A stretch of DNA of 49,627 bases from Verrucomicrobiia bacterium (lineage in GTDB: Bacteria; Verrucomicrobiota; Verrucomicrobiia; Palsa-1439), in NCBI GenBank assembly GCA_049515295.1, contig JBEKUF010000004.1:1-49627 (forward strand), in the 5' to 3' direction. The position numbers were made by a program, and so were the translations under genes. Of this stretch, positions 17,915 through 27,656 are shown in pieces. Numbering within the stretch: the stretch's first letter is position 1; every line of letters begins with the position of its first letter. The notes beneath the pieces were generated by a model, which made no database searches, was not told where the DNA came from, and saw only the letters and a program-made list of their open reading frames with translations.

Positions 17915-18322
17915 ATGGGACTGAAAATCAAACTCATCGCCTTCGCTCTCGGTCTCGTGTTCTTTTGCGTGGTGCTGCGCAACGTGAAGCGGAACACGTT
18001 TCGTCCCAGCTACGCTGTATTGTGGCTGGGCATGTCGTTGTTTCTCCTGTCTATTGCGGTGCTGGAACCGCTCTACAAGTGGATCGCCACCTCGGTGATC
18101 GGCATCCTCGACGCGCGACACATCATTTACATTGCGCTCATCAGTTTCTTGCTTGTGTACGTCTTCTTCCTCACTTCCATGGTTACCCGTCTGTCGAACC
18201 AGGTCCTGCAATTGATCAGCGCCGTTGCCGTTCTGGAGGCCAAATTGGCCGACCAGACAAACTCTCAACGTAAACCTGCGAACGCCACCACCGTCGATCC
18301 CCCCAAGGGAACTTCTCCATGA
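17915..18322 (+). CDS. DUF2304-type small membrane protein (GT2 partner)
   Basis: Three TM helices, YAVLWL, and a C-terminal coiled coil (LSNQVLQLISAVAVLE). Directly after the DPM1-like GT2. Confidence 0.8.
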   Translation: MGLKIKLIAFALGLVFFCVVLRNVKRNTFRPSYAVLWLGMSLFLLSIAVLEPLYKWIATSVIGILDARHIIYIALISFLLVYVFFLTSMVTRLSNQVLQLISAVAVLEAKLADQTNSQRKPANATTVDPPKGTSP

Positions 18323-19581
18323 AGCAGAAACAATTGCTACTGGCGCTGATCCTGATTGTGGCGTTCGGAGCTCGCGTCGGGTACTCGTTGGCCAGGGGCA
18401 TTGGTCGCGAACCCGGTCGGCCTTCCGACGACGCGTCCTTCTACAACCGCTACGCCTGGAACCTAGCGCAGGGAAACGGTTTCTGCGGCCCCGAACCCGG
18501 TGTGGACGGTGAAGTACTGTCGACTTACCTGCCGCCGGGGGCACCGGCCCTGTTCGCTGTGGTGTATCTCATCTTCGGGAAAAGTTACGCTACTGTCCGC
18601 ATTGTACACGCTCTGCTTGGCGCCGCGTCGGCGTTTCTGCTGTTCCTCCTGGCAAAGGCGGTCGTTACTGAGCGCGCTGGATACGTCGCCGCCGCAGTGT
18701 ACGCTTTGTATCCCAGCGCGATCTTTTATAGCGACCTGTTGCTGACGGAAACACTGTACACGTTCTCGCTCATCCTCTGCCTGTGGCTCTGCGTCGCCTG
18801 GTTCGCGCCACGGCCAAACTGGACACGTGCCGTAATCTGCGGAATCGCTCTCGGGCTCGCGGCGCTGGTTCGTCCAACCATTTTCCTACTGATGCCCTTG
18901 CTGGCACTCTGGGGATTGTTCGTCCTCAATGGCGTCCGCGCCAAGGCGCTCATCTTTGTCGTCGTCGTGGTGACGTATCTGACTACGGTACCATGGTCGC
19001 TACGCAATTACTCTCTCTACCATCGGTTCATCCTGGTTGCCCCAAGGACCTGGACCGAGATCCTCGGGGGTAATAATCCCGTCGTCGCCACTGACCCGAA
19101 ATACGCGGGCTACTGTATTTGGTACAGCCAGGTACCCGGCTGGGAACACAAGTTCGACGGTGTTCCCCAGATCGGACGGGAAGCCATCGCCAGACAATTG
19201 GCGATTCAGTGGCTGTCCGACCATCCCGACAAATGGTGGTATCTGTTCCGCAGCAAATTCATACGGTTCTGGTCGCCATTTCTGCACCAGGACAACCGCG
19301 CGAATCGACTGCTGATGTTGCTGAGTTGGGGTCCCGTGTTGGTGTTCTTCGTCCCTGCGTTCTTCGTGACACTGGTCAACTTCCTCCGACAACGTCACCC
19401 GGGGCTTCTCCTGCACCTGTTCATTCTGTCGAATCTGGCGATCGCCTTGATCTTTTACGCCATGCCGCGCCTCCGGTATCCCATGGAACCTTTTTGCATC
19501 ATCCTCGCGAGCGGGACGGTGGTCTGGCTTTGGGACAGAACGGTCGGCGGGCCTCAGCCAACGAAAACGTTAGCCACCTGA
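18319..19581 (+). CDS. GT-C membrane glycosyltransferase (ArnT/PMT-like)
   Basis: DDASFY..AWNLAQG, PPG.P, LLTETLY, AALVRP, PWSLRNY, PRLRYP. Confidence 0.85.
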   Translation: MKQKQLLLALILIVAFGARVGYSLARGIGREPGRPSDDASFYNRYAWNLAQGNGFCGPEPGVDGEVLSTYLPPGAPALFAVVYLIFGKSYATVRIVHALLGAASAFLLFLLAKAVVTERAGYVAAAVYALYPSAIFYSDLLLTETLYTFSLILCLWLCVAWFAPRPNWTRAVICGIALGLAALVRPTIFLLMPLLALWGLFVLNGVRAKALIFVVVVVTYLTTVPWSLRNYSLYHRFILVAPRTWTEILGGNNPVVATDPKYAGYCIWYSQVPGWEHKFDGVPQIGREAIARQLAIQWLSDHPDKWWYLFRSKFIRFWSPFLHQDNRANRLLMLLSWGPVLVFFVPAFFVTLVNFLRQRHPGLLLHLFILSNLAIALIFYAMPRLRYPMEPFCIILASGTVVWLWDRTVGGPQPTKTLAT

Positions 19582-19594
19582 GTATCGGAATCCT

Positions 19595-20890
19595 GTGTCC
19601 AGTCTCTCCGAAGATCTCAATCACTTTGCCGAACGCCTCCGTCCACGGCTTCCGTTGTGGATCGCGTTGGCTGTCGTCATTCCCCGTCTTGTGTTCCTCA
19701 CAGTCTCTCCCGGCCGCAATGTCTACGGCAATGCCCCGGGCGAATTGGCTGTCGCGCGCAGCGTCGCTGGAGGTCACGGCTATCTTGATGCCAACGGACA
19801 ACCTGATAGCGACTTCAACCCCGGCTATCCAATTTTTTTGTCGTTGTGCCGGCTTGCCTTCGGGGACTCGCTGTGGCCGATCAAAATCGCACACATCGCC
19901 TTCGATATCGGGACGGCCCTTGCGGTGACCTGGGTGTTGGCGGACACTTGTTCCACGTTGACTGTCATCCTGCTTGCCGTGGCATTCGCGCTCCATCCGC
20001 TGTTTCTCCTGCTCTGCAACAACGTGAATGACGAACCTCTTGTCACGTTCCTCATCGCGATCAGTTTTGTGGCCCTGTACCGCGCTCTTAATCACCCATC
20101 CTTCTGGCGCTTTGTGATTGCGGGAGCAGCCGTCGGGGTCGCCATCTTCACGAAGAGCACGGCCATCTTCCTGCCATTCTTCCTGGCCGGCGCCCTATGG
20201 TTGGCCACGAGAAAGGCCGGCACTCCTTCACTTCGCCACTGGATTGTATACTTGCTCGCATCGGTCGCCGTGTTGGTTCCGTGGTCCTATCGAAATTACG
20301 TCGCACTTGGCCACTTCGCGTTCAACGTTCATGGCATCGGACAAAACTTGTGGTTCGGGTCAGACCCGCGTATTTTCTCCAGTTATGGGAAAGCTCAACG
20401 AGCGGAGGCCGCCGAACTTGCGGCCGAAATGACCGCGCGCGGAATTCAGCCACCGCCAAGCAGCAACGTCTTTGACCGAGAACACTGGCAATTGCAGATG
20501 GCCATCCAAAAATACGAGGATCTCCTGCACCAACCCGTCACTCTGGCACATGTGTTGTGGCTGAAAGCCACGCGGACTTTTTACGCCAGCGAAGACCGCC
20601 CCTCCGGTCATCTGCCCATGATTCTGTTGCAAGTCCCCACTCTTCTGCTCGCCATATACGGAATCGCAAGATTATGGAGGCGAGTTGAGACCCACATGTT
20701 GGCCTGGGTGCTAACGCTCTACGTCGGGTACTACTATTCCGTCGTGTCCGCCGGACTGCCGATGGTTCGGTACTTTGTCCCGGCCATCCCATTCCTGCTG
20801 GCCGCCGCGGCGGCCGGTCTGGCCGCACTACTGCAAACCGCGGAAACTCCGTCGTCCATCGTGACCCATCTGGAACCTCTGAAACAATGA
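19595..20890 (+). CDS. Second GT-C membrane glycosyltransferase (ArnT/PMT-like)
   Basis: ARSVAGGHG, PGYPIFL, NDEPL, PWSYRNY, VRYFVP; multi-TM. Confidence 0.82.
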   Translation: MSSLSEDLNHFAERLRPRLPLWIALAVVIPRLVFLTVSPGRNVYGNAPGELAVARSVAGGHGYLDANGQPDSDFNPGYPIFLSLCRLAFGDSLWPIKIAHIAFDIGTALAVTWVLADTCSTLTVILLAVAFALHPLFLLLCNNVNDEPLVTFLIAISFVALYRALNHPSFWRFVIAGAAVGVAIFTKSTAIFLPFFLAGALWLATRKAGTPSLRHWIVYLLASVAVLVPWSYRNYVALGHFAFNVHGIGQNLWFGSDPRIFSSYGKAQRAEAAELAAEMTARGIQPPPSSNVFDREHWQLQMAIQKYEDLLHQPVTLAHVLWLKATRTFYASEDRPSGHLPMILLQVPTLLLAIYGIARLWRRVETHMLAWVLTLYVGYYYSVVSAGLPMVRYFVPAIPFLLAAAAAGLAALLQTAETPSSIVTHLEPLKQ

Positions 20891-21987
20891 CCCGCGTCCC
20901 ATTCCTCGATTTAAAAGCCCAGTATGCGACTATCCGCGATGAGGTACAGGCTGCGCTCGCTGAAGTCTGCGATTCCGCCCGCTTCGCGCAGGGTCCAGCC
21001 ACACAAGCATTTGAACAGGAGTTCGCCGCATACTGCGGCGTCACTCACTGTGTCAGCCTCAACAGCGGGACCAGCGCGCTGCACCTCGCCCTCCGCTGTC
21101 TCAACGTCGGCCCTGGCGACGAAGTGATTACCACGCCCTTTACCTTCATCGCGACCGCCTGGGCCATCAGCTATGTCGGGGCCACGCCCGTGTTCGTCGA
21201 TATCGATCCAGTGCGTCGCACGCTCGACCCCGCCAAACTGGAAGTCGCCGTGACCTCGCGCACCAAGGCGATTATGCCCGTACACATCTTCGGCACACCG
21301 GCCGATATGGATGCCGTCAACGCTATCGCCAAGAAACATAAACTGTTCGTCGTGGAAGATGCGGCACAAGCGCACGGCGCGCGCTACCATGGCAAACGTG
21401 TGGGGCAATTCAGTACGATCTCCTGTTTCAGCTTCTACCCGACAAAAAACCTGGGCGCGTACGGCGAAGGTGGCGCGTTGCTGACAAACGACGACAAATT
21501 CGCGGCCCGTGCCCGTTCGTTGCGCGAGCACGCGCAAAGCGCCCGTTACGTCCACGAGGAAGTCGGCTACAACTATCGGATGGACAGTTTTCAAGCCGCC
21601 GTGTTGCGCGTGAAACTCAAACGCCTCGGCGCCTGGAACGCGGCTCGCGCGGCCCATGCCCGTCGGTACACCCAACTGCTCACGGGCACGCACTACGGTC
21701 TGCCAACGGGACCGGCAGACTCCGAGCCCGTGTGGCACTGCTACGTCATCGCGTGTGAACACCGCGACCGTGTCCGCGCCACCCTCACGGATGCCGGCAT
21801 CGACACGGCCATCAATTACCCGGTGCCCTTGCATCTACAGCCGGTGTATCGTTCGCTCGGCTATCATCGCGGCGACTTGCCGGTTGCGGAACGGCTTTGC
21901 GACCGATGCCTTTCGCTGCCGATCTACCCTGAGTTGAGCCCTGAGCAAATCGACGCCGTCGTGCACACCCTCCGTGCCGCCGCCTAA
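20887..21987 (+). CDS. DegT/DnrJ/EryC1/StrS aminotransferase
   Basis: VPFLDLKAQY, NSGTSAL, EDAAQAHGA, SFYPTKNLGAYGEGG. Confidence 0.93.
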   Translation: MTRVPFLDLKAQYATIRDEVQAALAEVCDSARFAQGPATQAFEQEFAAYCGVTHCVSLNSGTSALHLALRCLNVGPGDEVITTPFTFIATAWAISYVGATPVFVDIDPVRRTLDPAKLEVAVTSRTKAIMPVHIFGTPADMDAVNAIAKKHKLFVVEDAAQAHGARYHGKRVGQFSTISCFSFYPTKNLGAYGEGGALLTNDDKFAARARSLREHAQSARYVHEEVGYNYRMDSFQAAVLRVKLKRLGAWNAARAAHARRYTQLLTGTHYGLPTGPADSEPVWHCYVIACEHRDRVRATLTDAGIDTAINYPVPLHLQPVYRSLGYHRGDLPVAERLCDRCLSLPIYPELSPEQIDAVVHTLRAAA

Positions 21988-23020
21988 AACCATCATGCAA
22001 GTCGTGCTCAGTCTGCGGGTTGGCGGACTCGAGCGGGTGGTCGTTGACTTGGTCAACCACGCCTCGAACGACTTTCGATTCGTTGTGTGTTGCCTGGAAG
22101 AAACCGGCCCGTGGGCCAGCGAGATTTCACCAAACCGCGGGAACGTTGTGGCACTCAACAAGAAACCCGGTGTGGATTGGCGCCTGTTCTGGAAGATCGC
22201 CCGTCTCACTCGCGCAGAAAATGTTACCGTGATCCACACGCACAATGCGACAGCGCACTTCTACGGAGCCATCGCCGCAAAATTCACCAAGGCGCGCGTG
22301 TTACACACCGAACACGGCAAGAACGTCGGCGAGGAAGTTCGTTACCATCGCCTCAACTACATCGCAGCTCGTTTCACCGATTTCACCGTCGCCGTCTCCA
22401 AGAAGAATGCTGAAATAGCAGCCACACATGAAGGCGCCGACCCGGCGAACCTCAAGGTGATTTCCAACGGCATCCGCGTTGACCGTTTGGCCGCGCCTCG
22501 GCACGGCGCGGGTCGCCGCATCGGCACGGTCGGACGACTCGTTCCCGAGAAGAATTATCCGCTGCTGTTGCGCTCCACGGCCACGATTCGCGATACGGAG
22601 CTGGTGTTCGTCGGCGATGGCCCGTTGCGCGAGGAACTCCAAAAACAGGCCGGACCGCTCGTCTCGTTTCTCGGCCAGCGCGCCGATGTGTCCGAGTTGT
22701 TGGCGGGTTTCGACGTGTTCGTGCTCCCGTCGAACACGGAAGGGATGAGCATTGCGCTATTGGAAGCAATGGCCGCCAGTTGCCCGATTGTGGTCACCGC
22801 CGTTGGTGGCAACGTCGAATTGATCCACCACATGCAGACCGGTCTGGTCGTACCGCCCAACGATGAAGCCGCTTTGCGCGCTGCAATTGAGCGATTGCTG
22901 GCGGACCAAGCGCTGGCCGCCCGACTCGGCGCGGCGGCGCGCGCTGCTGTGGAGAAGCACCACAGCGTCAAAGCCATGACCGAGCGTTACGAAGAATTAT
23001 GGCGCCGGCTCGCCGCATGA
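21974..23020 (+). CDS. Glycosyltransferase family 4
   Basis: GGLERVV, HTEHG, ISNGI, GRLVPEKN, EGMSIALLEAMA. Alternative ATG at 21995. Confidence 0.92.
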   Translation: MPPPKTIMQVVLSLRVGGLERVVVDLVNHASNDFRFVVCCLEETGPWASEISPNRGNVVALNKKPGVDWRLFWKIARLTRAENVTVIHTHNATAHFYGAIAAKFTKARVLHTEHGKNVGEEVRYHRLNYIAARFTDFTVAVSKKNAEIAATHEGADPANLKVISNGIRVDRLAAPRHGAGRRIGTVGRLVPEKNYPLLLRSTATIRDTELVFVGDGPLREELQKQAGPLVSFLGQRADVSELLAGFDVFVLPSNTEGMSIALLEAMAASCPIVVTAVGGNVELIHHMQTGLVVPPNDEAALRAAIERLLADQALAARLGAAARAAVEKHHSVKAMTERYEELWRRLAA

Positions 23021-24102
23021 AGCTGCTGTTCATTTCCAACCTCTTTCCGAACGGGGTGGAACCGACACGCGGGATGCACAATGCGCAACAAGTCGCGGCG
23101 CTCTCCAAGCAATGCGAAATCAAAGTCATCTCTCCCATGCACCAACCCGTCCCCGATGAAACCTGGCGGGGCATAGCCGTGACGCACCCGCGGTTCGTCC
23201 GCGTCCCCTTGCTTTCGCGGCCACTGAACGGCTGGCTATTCGCGCGCACCGTTGAACCGGTCATCCGGCGAGAGCGATTTGACGTTGCGTTGGTCAATTG
23301 GGCATACCCGGATGCCTATGGCGTGATGCTCATGGCCGCCAAGCTGAAATTTCCGTTCGCCACGACGGTACAGGGCAGCGACGTCAATGTGTTCTTCAGG
23401 AGTGCCACACGCAAACGCCAGGTTCTCCGTGCGCTGCGTGCCAGTCGCGCCGTGTTCGCCAGAAGCAAGGCGCTGCAGGCTCGCCTTGCCGATGAGGGCG
23501 TTGACGCTGTTACGGTCTACAATGGAATTGACCGGGAGCGGTTCCGCCCGTGCGACCGCACGGAAGCTTGTGCGGCATTGGGTCTCCCAACAGATCGCCG
23601 TCGCATCCTCTTTGTCGGCAACCTGGTTCCCGTCAAAGGACCTACTTCTCTCGCCGCTGCGTTTAAGCAACTCGTCGATTTGCGGGATGTGGATCTGGTG
23701 TTTGTCGGATCAGGATCGGAAGCTGCCAAGTTACCCGCGGGCGACCGCTTTTTCGTCGTCGGCGCGCGACCACACGAGGAAATCCCGCTATGGATGAACG
23801 CCTGCGATGTGTTGTGCCTGCCGAGCCTGAGCGAAGGCCTGCCCAACGTCGCCTTGGAAGCGATGGCGTGCGGGCTTCCCGTCATCGCCTCGCGCGTTGG
23901 CGGCGTCCCCGAGGTGGTCCGGGATGGGACAAACGGTCTTCTCGTACCGCCATCCGATCCCCGCGCGCTTGCCGACGCGCTACGCCGCGCTTTCACAATG
24001 AAGTGGGATCGTGAATCGATTCGGGCGTCGGTTTCCCAATTCGATTGGGAAGCAAACGCGCGCACCCTGCTGGATGCGCTGAGGAAAGCGCTCGCCCTAT
24101 GA
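23017..24102 (+). CDS. Glycosyltransferase family 4
   Basis: WAYPDA, GSDVN, VYNGID, EGLPNVALEAMACG. Confidence 0.92.
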   Translation: MKLLFISNLFPNGVEPTRGMHNAQQVAALSKQCEIKVISPMHQPVPDETWRGIAVTHPRFVRVPLLSRPLNGWLFARTVEPVIRRERFDVALVNWAYPDAYGVMLMAAKLKFPFATTVQGSDVNVFFRSATRKRQVLRALRASRAVFARSKALQARLADEGVDAVTVYNGIDRERFRPCDRTEACAALGLPTDRRRILFVGNLVPVKGPTSLAAAFKQLVDLRDVDLVFVGSGSEAAKLPAGDRFFVVGARPHEEIPLWMNACDVLCLPSLSEGLPNVALEAMACGLPVIASRVGGVPEVVRDGTNGLLVPPSDPRALADALRRAFTMKWDRESIRASVSQFDWEANARTLLDALRKALAL

Positions 24103-25433
24103 TCCGATCAGTCGTGAAGGCGATCCGTAGAGCCGTCATCCGATCGAAGGATGCCGTGAAGTATTCGTCGCGCACGGCCAACGTGCTGTTGGCAGGCACA
24201 AACGCGCGCCTTCGGTTCGTTCGGAACAATGCTCAACGCGCCAAACTTCTCATGCGGGCCTACCGGTTGGCTGGGACGCAGTCCACCCGCCGGGCACTGC
24301 GCGTCGATGCGGAGCGGCACCTGAAGGGTACGAACGGTAACATTTGGCGGGAACAGCGCATCGGCTGGGAACGGTACCCGCGAGCGGCGGAAAACTCGCA
24401 TGTCAATCGCAGCATCATTTTGAAAGCCCCGCAGTCGAATGGCGAGAAAGGCGTGTTGCTCGTCATGTTCGAGTACAACTGGCTGCGGCTGCTTGCCAAC
24501 GTGAAGGACCTTGGCTGGCTCGGCGAACACTTCGACATCATCCTGTCGACAAGCTGGTCGCCCACGGATTACGCGTTGCTAGCGCTGGCGCTCCAGTCGC
24601 TTCCCGGGACGATCTTCGTCCAGGCGTGCAACTATGGCGAGATACCATGGATCGAAGAATTCAGCCCGCGATTGAAATGCCTGCCGTGTATCGCTTGTGA
24701 TTGGATCAATCCTGATTGTTACCAGCCCAAGCCGCACGCCCAGCGGCAAACCGACATCTTGGTGGTGGCCAACTGGGCGCCATTCAAACGGCACTGGCAG
24801 CTTTTCGACGCGTTGCGACAGATGCCGCAAGATCTACGGATTACGATGATCGGGCAGGAAGAAGGCGGTCACACGCTCGCGATGCTGCGCGACCAAGCCG
24901 CGCTGTTTGGCGGGAAACAGGACATCAACTTCGTGGAGAACATCAGCATCGACGAAGTAACCCGCCATCAATGCGACAGCAAGATCTCGCTGATTCTTTC
25001 GCGTCGCGAAGGTTGTTGCGTTGCCGCGGTCGAGTCGTTGTTTGCCGACTCGCCGCTCGGGATGATGCATGATGCCCATGTCGGGCCCAGGGCGTATGTC
25101 AACAAAGACACCGGTGTGCTGTTAACACCTGATCGCATGGATCTCCAGTTGCAGCGATTCCTCGACAACGCCGCGGGCCTTCACGCACGAGCTTGGGCGA
25201 TAGAGAACATTTCGTGCCGCAAATCCATCTCCAAAGTTAACGCGTTGCTGCGTTCCCACGCGGAACTCGCTCACGCCCCATGGACTACCGATTTGAAAAC
25301 ACCCTACTGGCGGCCCTATCCGATATTCCTGAATCCAAGAGATCGCGAAGAAATGCGACCGGTTTACCAAGACTTGTGTGTGCGCTTCCCGGAAGTGTTT
25401 GAGCCCGACTTGCTGGAAAAGGGTTCCTCATGA
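24099..25433 (+). CDS. Divergent GT-B (GT4-like) glycosyltransferase
   Basis: VANWAPFKRH and EGCCVAAVE (EX7E) in the C-terminal half. ATGA overlaps at both ends. Confidence 0.65.
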   Translation: MIRSVVKAIRRAVIRSKDAVKYSSRTANVLLAGTNARLRFVRNNAQRAKLLMRAYRLAGTQSTRRALRVDAERHLKGTNGNIWREQRIGWERYPRAAENSHVNRSIILKAPQSNGEKGVLLVMFEYNWLRLLANVKDLGWLGEHFDIILSTSWSPTDYALLALALQSLPGTIFVQACNYGEIPWIEEFSPRLKCLPCIACDWINPDCYQPKPHAQRQTDILVVANWAPFKRHWQLFDALRQMPQDLRITMIGQEEGGHTLAMLRDQAALFGGKQDINFVENISIDEVTRHQCDSKISLILSRREGCCVAAVESLFADSPLGMMHDAHVGPRAYVNKDTGVLLTPDRMDLQLQRFLDNAAGLHARAWAIENISCRKSISKVNALLRSHAELAHAPWTTDLKTPYWRPYPIFLNPRDREEMRPVYQDLCVRFPEVFEPDLLEKGSS

Positions 25434-26329
25434 AATGCCCGCTGTGTGATTCGACCAGAGTTTCCCAGAAGCCCTGCCGTTTCAAGGAGATGATGGTGTG
25501 TGGCGCGTGCGGGTTCATTTTCGTCCCCAGTTCGACGGACTCATCGGCTCCGGGACTCTACGACGAAGACTGGTCGAGAACTGAGGTTCATCCGACCTTT
25601 ATCTACTCGCATGGCCAATACACGGTCCGCAACGAGTGGAGGTTGCAGGCGTTATTGGATCGTCTCGAACCATTCCGCAAAACAAATCGCCTTCTCGATG
25701 TCGGTTGCAGTGCGGCTTTCTTCCTCAAGTTGGCGCGGGACCGTAAGTGGGATGTGCAAGGCGTCGAGGTTTCGGATTTCGGCGTGAAGTTTTCGCGGGA
25801 AGAATTGAACATCCCCGTCTTTCAAGGTCTCCTCCAAGACGCACATTTTCCGGGCGGGTCGTTCGATGCGGTCTTCAGTTCGCACGTGATCGAGCACGTG
25901 GGAGAACCGGTTGCGCTCCTCAAGGAAATGAGCCGAATACTACGTCCCGGCGGCGCGCTCATCACCGTGCTGCCAACCCAGTTCGCCTCTCCCAGCTACC
26001 GTTGCTTCAGGAAATGGTCGGGTGAAGGACCGCCGCGCCACGTATCGTACTTCACCAAGCGGGTTTTCGAGAACCGTCTGCGGCAACTGGGATTCTCCGT
26101 CCACTTCTCGCGTCAGAACGTCGAATTGCAGAAAGTCCTGTCGATCCTGCTCCGGCGACATGACTCATTTGGCGCAACCGGCGTTGTCCAATCTTCCGCC
26201 TCCACCCAAGAATCCACCAGCCCGTTCGTACGCGTTGTCAAATCCGCCGTGAATCTCGCCGCCACCGGCTTCGGCGTGGGCGATGAATTGACCACCATTG
26301 CCGTCAAGAATTCCACCCCAACCCACTGA
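25430..26329 (+). CDS. Class I SAM methyltransferase with N-terminal CxxC..CxxC
   Basis: CPLC..CGAC, LLDVGCS, SHVIEHV, ILRPGG, PPRH. Confidence 0.88.
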   Translation: MKCPLCDSTRVSQKPCRFKEMMVCGACGFIFVPSSTDSSAPGLYDEDWSRTEVHPTFIYSHGQYTVRNEWRLQALLDRLEPFRKTNRLLDVGCSAAFFLKLARDRKWDVQGVEVSDFGVKFSREELNIPVFQGLLQDAHFPGGSFDAVFSSHVIEHVGEPVALLKEMSRILRPGGALITVLPTQFASPSYRCFRKWSGEGPPRHVSYFTKRVFENRLRQLGFSVHFSRQNVELQKVLSILLRRHDSFGATGVVQSSASTQESTSPFVRVVKSAVNLAATGFGVGDELTTIAVKNSTPTH

Positions 26330-26339
26330 AAGTGCCCTT

Positions 26340-27656
26340 ATGAAAATCAGCGTTTTCGGACTCGGATACGTCGGCTCGGTTACCGCGGTCTGTTTGGCCG
26401 ACCGAGAACACCAGGTTATCGGCATCGAAGCGAACCCCGACAAGCTCGCGCTCTTCCGCGCGGGCCAATCTCCATTGTTCGAGCCCGGCCTCGCGGAACT
26501 GCTGGCTAAGGTTCACCACACCGGATGCTTCACGGCCACCGCCAGCCCTGTAGAAGCAATTCAAAACTCGACGGTATCATTCATCTGCGTCGGCACCCCG
26601 AGCAAGAAAGGAGGTCAGCCCGATCTGTCTCACGTCGAGCATGTCGCGCGCGAAATCGGCGAGACGTTGCGCGGCAAGGATGCCCTGCACACCATCGTCG
26701 TCCGCAGTACGATGTTGCCGGGCAGTATCGAGAGCGTCGTCATCCCCCAAATCGAATCGGCTTCAGGAAAACGTGAGGGCCGGGACTTTCACGTCGTCGC
26801 CAATCCCGAGTTCATGCGCGAAGGTTCCGCCATCCGCGATTTCTATGAACCCCCCTTCGTTGTCATCGGCGAACGCGACACCGGCGCGGGTGATTCACTC
26901 GCGGACCTGTACCGCTGCGTGGACGCGCCCCAGGTGCGCATCACGATCCGCGCCGCGGAGGCCATCAAGTTCGCTTGCAACGCGTTCCACGCCATGAAAA
27001 TCACATTTGCCAACGAGATCGGCCAATTCTGCAAGGCTCACGACATCGATAGCCACGAAGTCATGGACATCGTTTGTCGTGATACCAAGTTGAATATCTC
27101 GAAAACCTACCTCAAACCCGGTCTGGCCTATGGCGGTTCCTGCCTTCCGAAAGACCTGCGCGCTCTTGTGGGTCGGGCGCAGGAAAAAGATATCGAACTG
27201 CCCATGCTGGGCGCCATTGCGCGCAGCAACCTCAACCAAATTCAGCGCACGATCGAGTTCATTACCGAACTCGGCCATCGCGAGGTCGGGATTCTCGGGC
27301 TGAGCTTCAAGGCCGGCACCGACGATCTGCGCGAAAGCCCCATCGTCATCATGGCGGAAACCTTGCTCGGCAAGGGATTCAAACTGGTGATTCATGATTC
27401 CGAAGTGGAATTGACCCGGCTGACCGGCGCCAACAAACGGTTCCTCGAAGACAAACTGCCGCACATCAATTCGCTGCTGGCTACATCGCTAGAGGATGTC
27501 GTTGCCAGAAGCAAGACACTGGTGATTTGTAAGAACGCGCCCGAATATCGCGCGTTGCCCGGAGCGCTATCTCCTCATCACCATGTTGTCGACCTGGTGG
27601 CTGCCGTTAAGAACGCCAACGTCCCCACGGCGCGGTATCACGGCCTGTACTGGTGA
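26340..27656 (+). CDS. Nucleotide-sugar 6-dehydrogenase, GDP-mannose dehydrogenase (AlgD)-like
   Basis: MKISVFGLGYVG, ICVGTPS, NPEFMREG, GGSCLPKDLRAL, GLSFKAGTDDLRESP. Confidence 0.9.
   Translation: MKISVFGLGYVGSVTAVCLADREHQVIGIEANPDKLALFRAGQSPLFEPGLAELLAKVHHTGCFTATASPVEAIQNSTVSFICVGTPSKKGGQPDLSHVEHVAREIGETLRGKDALHTIVVRSTMLPGSIESVVIPQIESASGKREGRDFHVVANPEFMREGSAIRDFYEPPFVVIGERDTGAGDSLADLYRCVDAPQVRITIRAAEAIKFACNAFHAMKITFANEIGQFCKAHDIDSHEVMDIVCRDTKLNISKTYLKPGLAYGGSCLPKDLRALVGRAQEKDIELPMLGAIARSNLNQIQRTIEFITELGHREVGILGLSFKAGTDDLRESPIVIMAETLLGKGFKLVIHDSEVELTRLTGANKRFLEDKLPHINSLLATSLEDVVARSKTLVICKNAPEYRALPGALSPHHHVVDLVAAVKNANVPTARYHGLYW

Noticed and set aside
26340-27656. Alginate operon
   Set aside because: Only an AlgD-like gene is present; no alg8/alg44/algK/algE equivalents.
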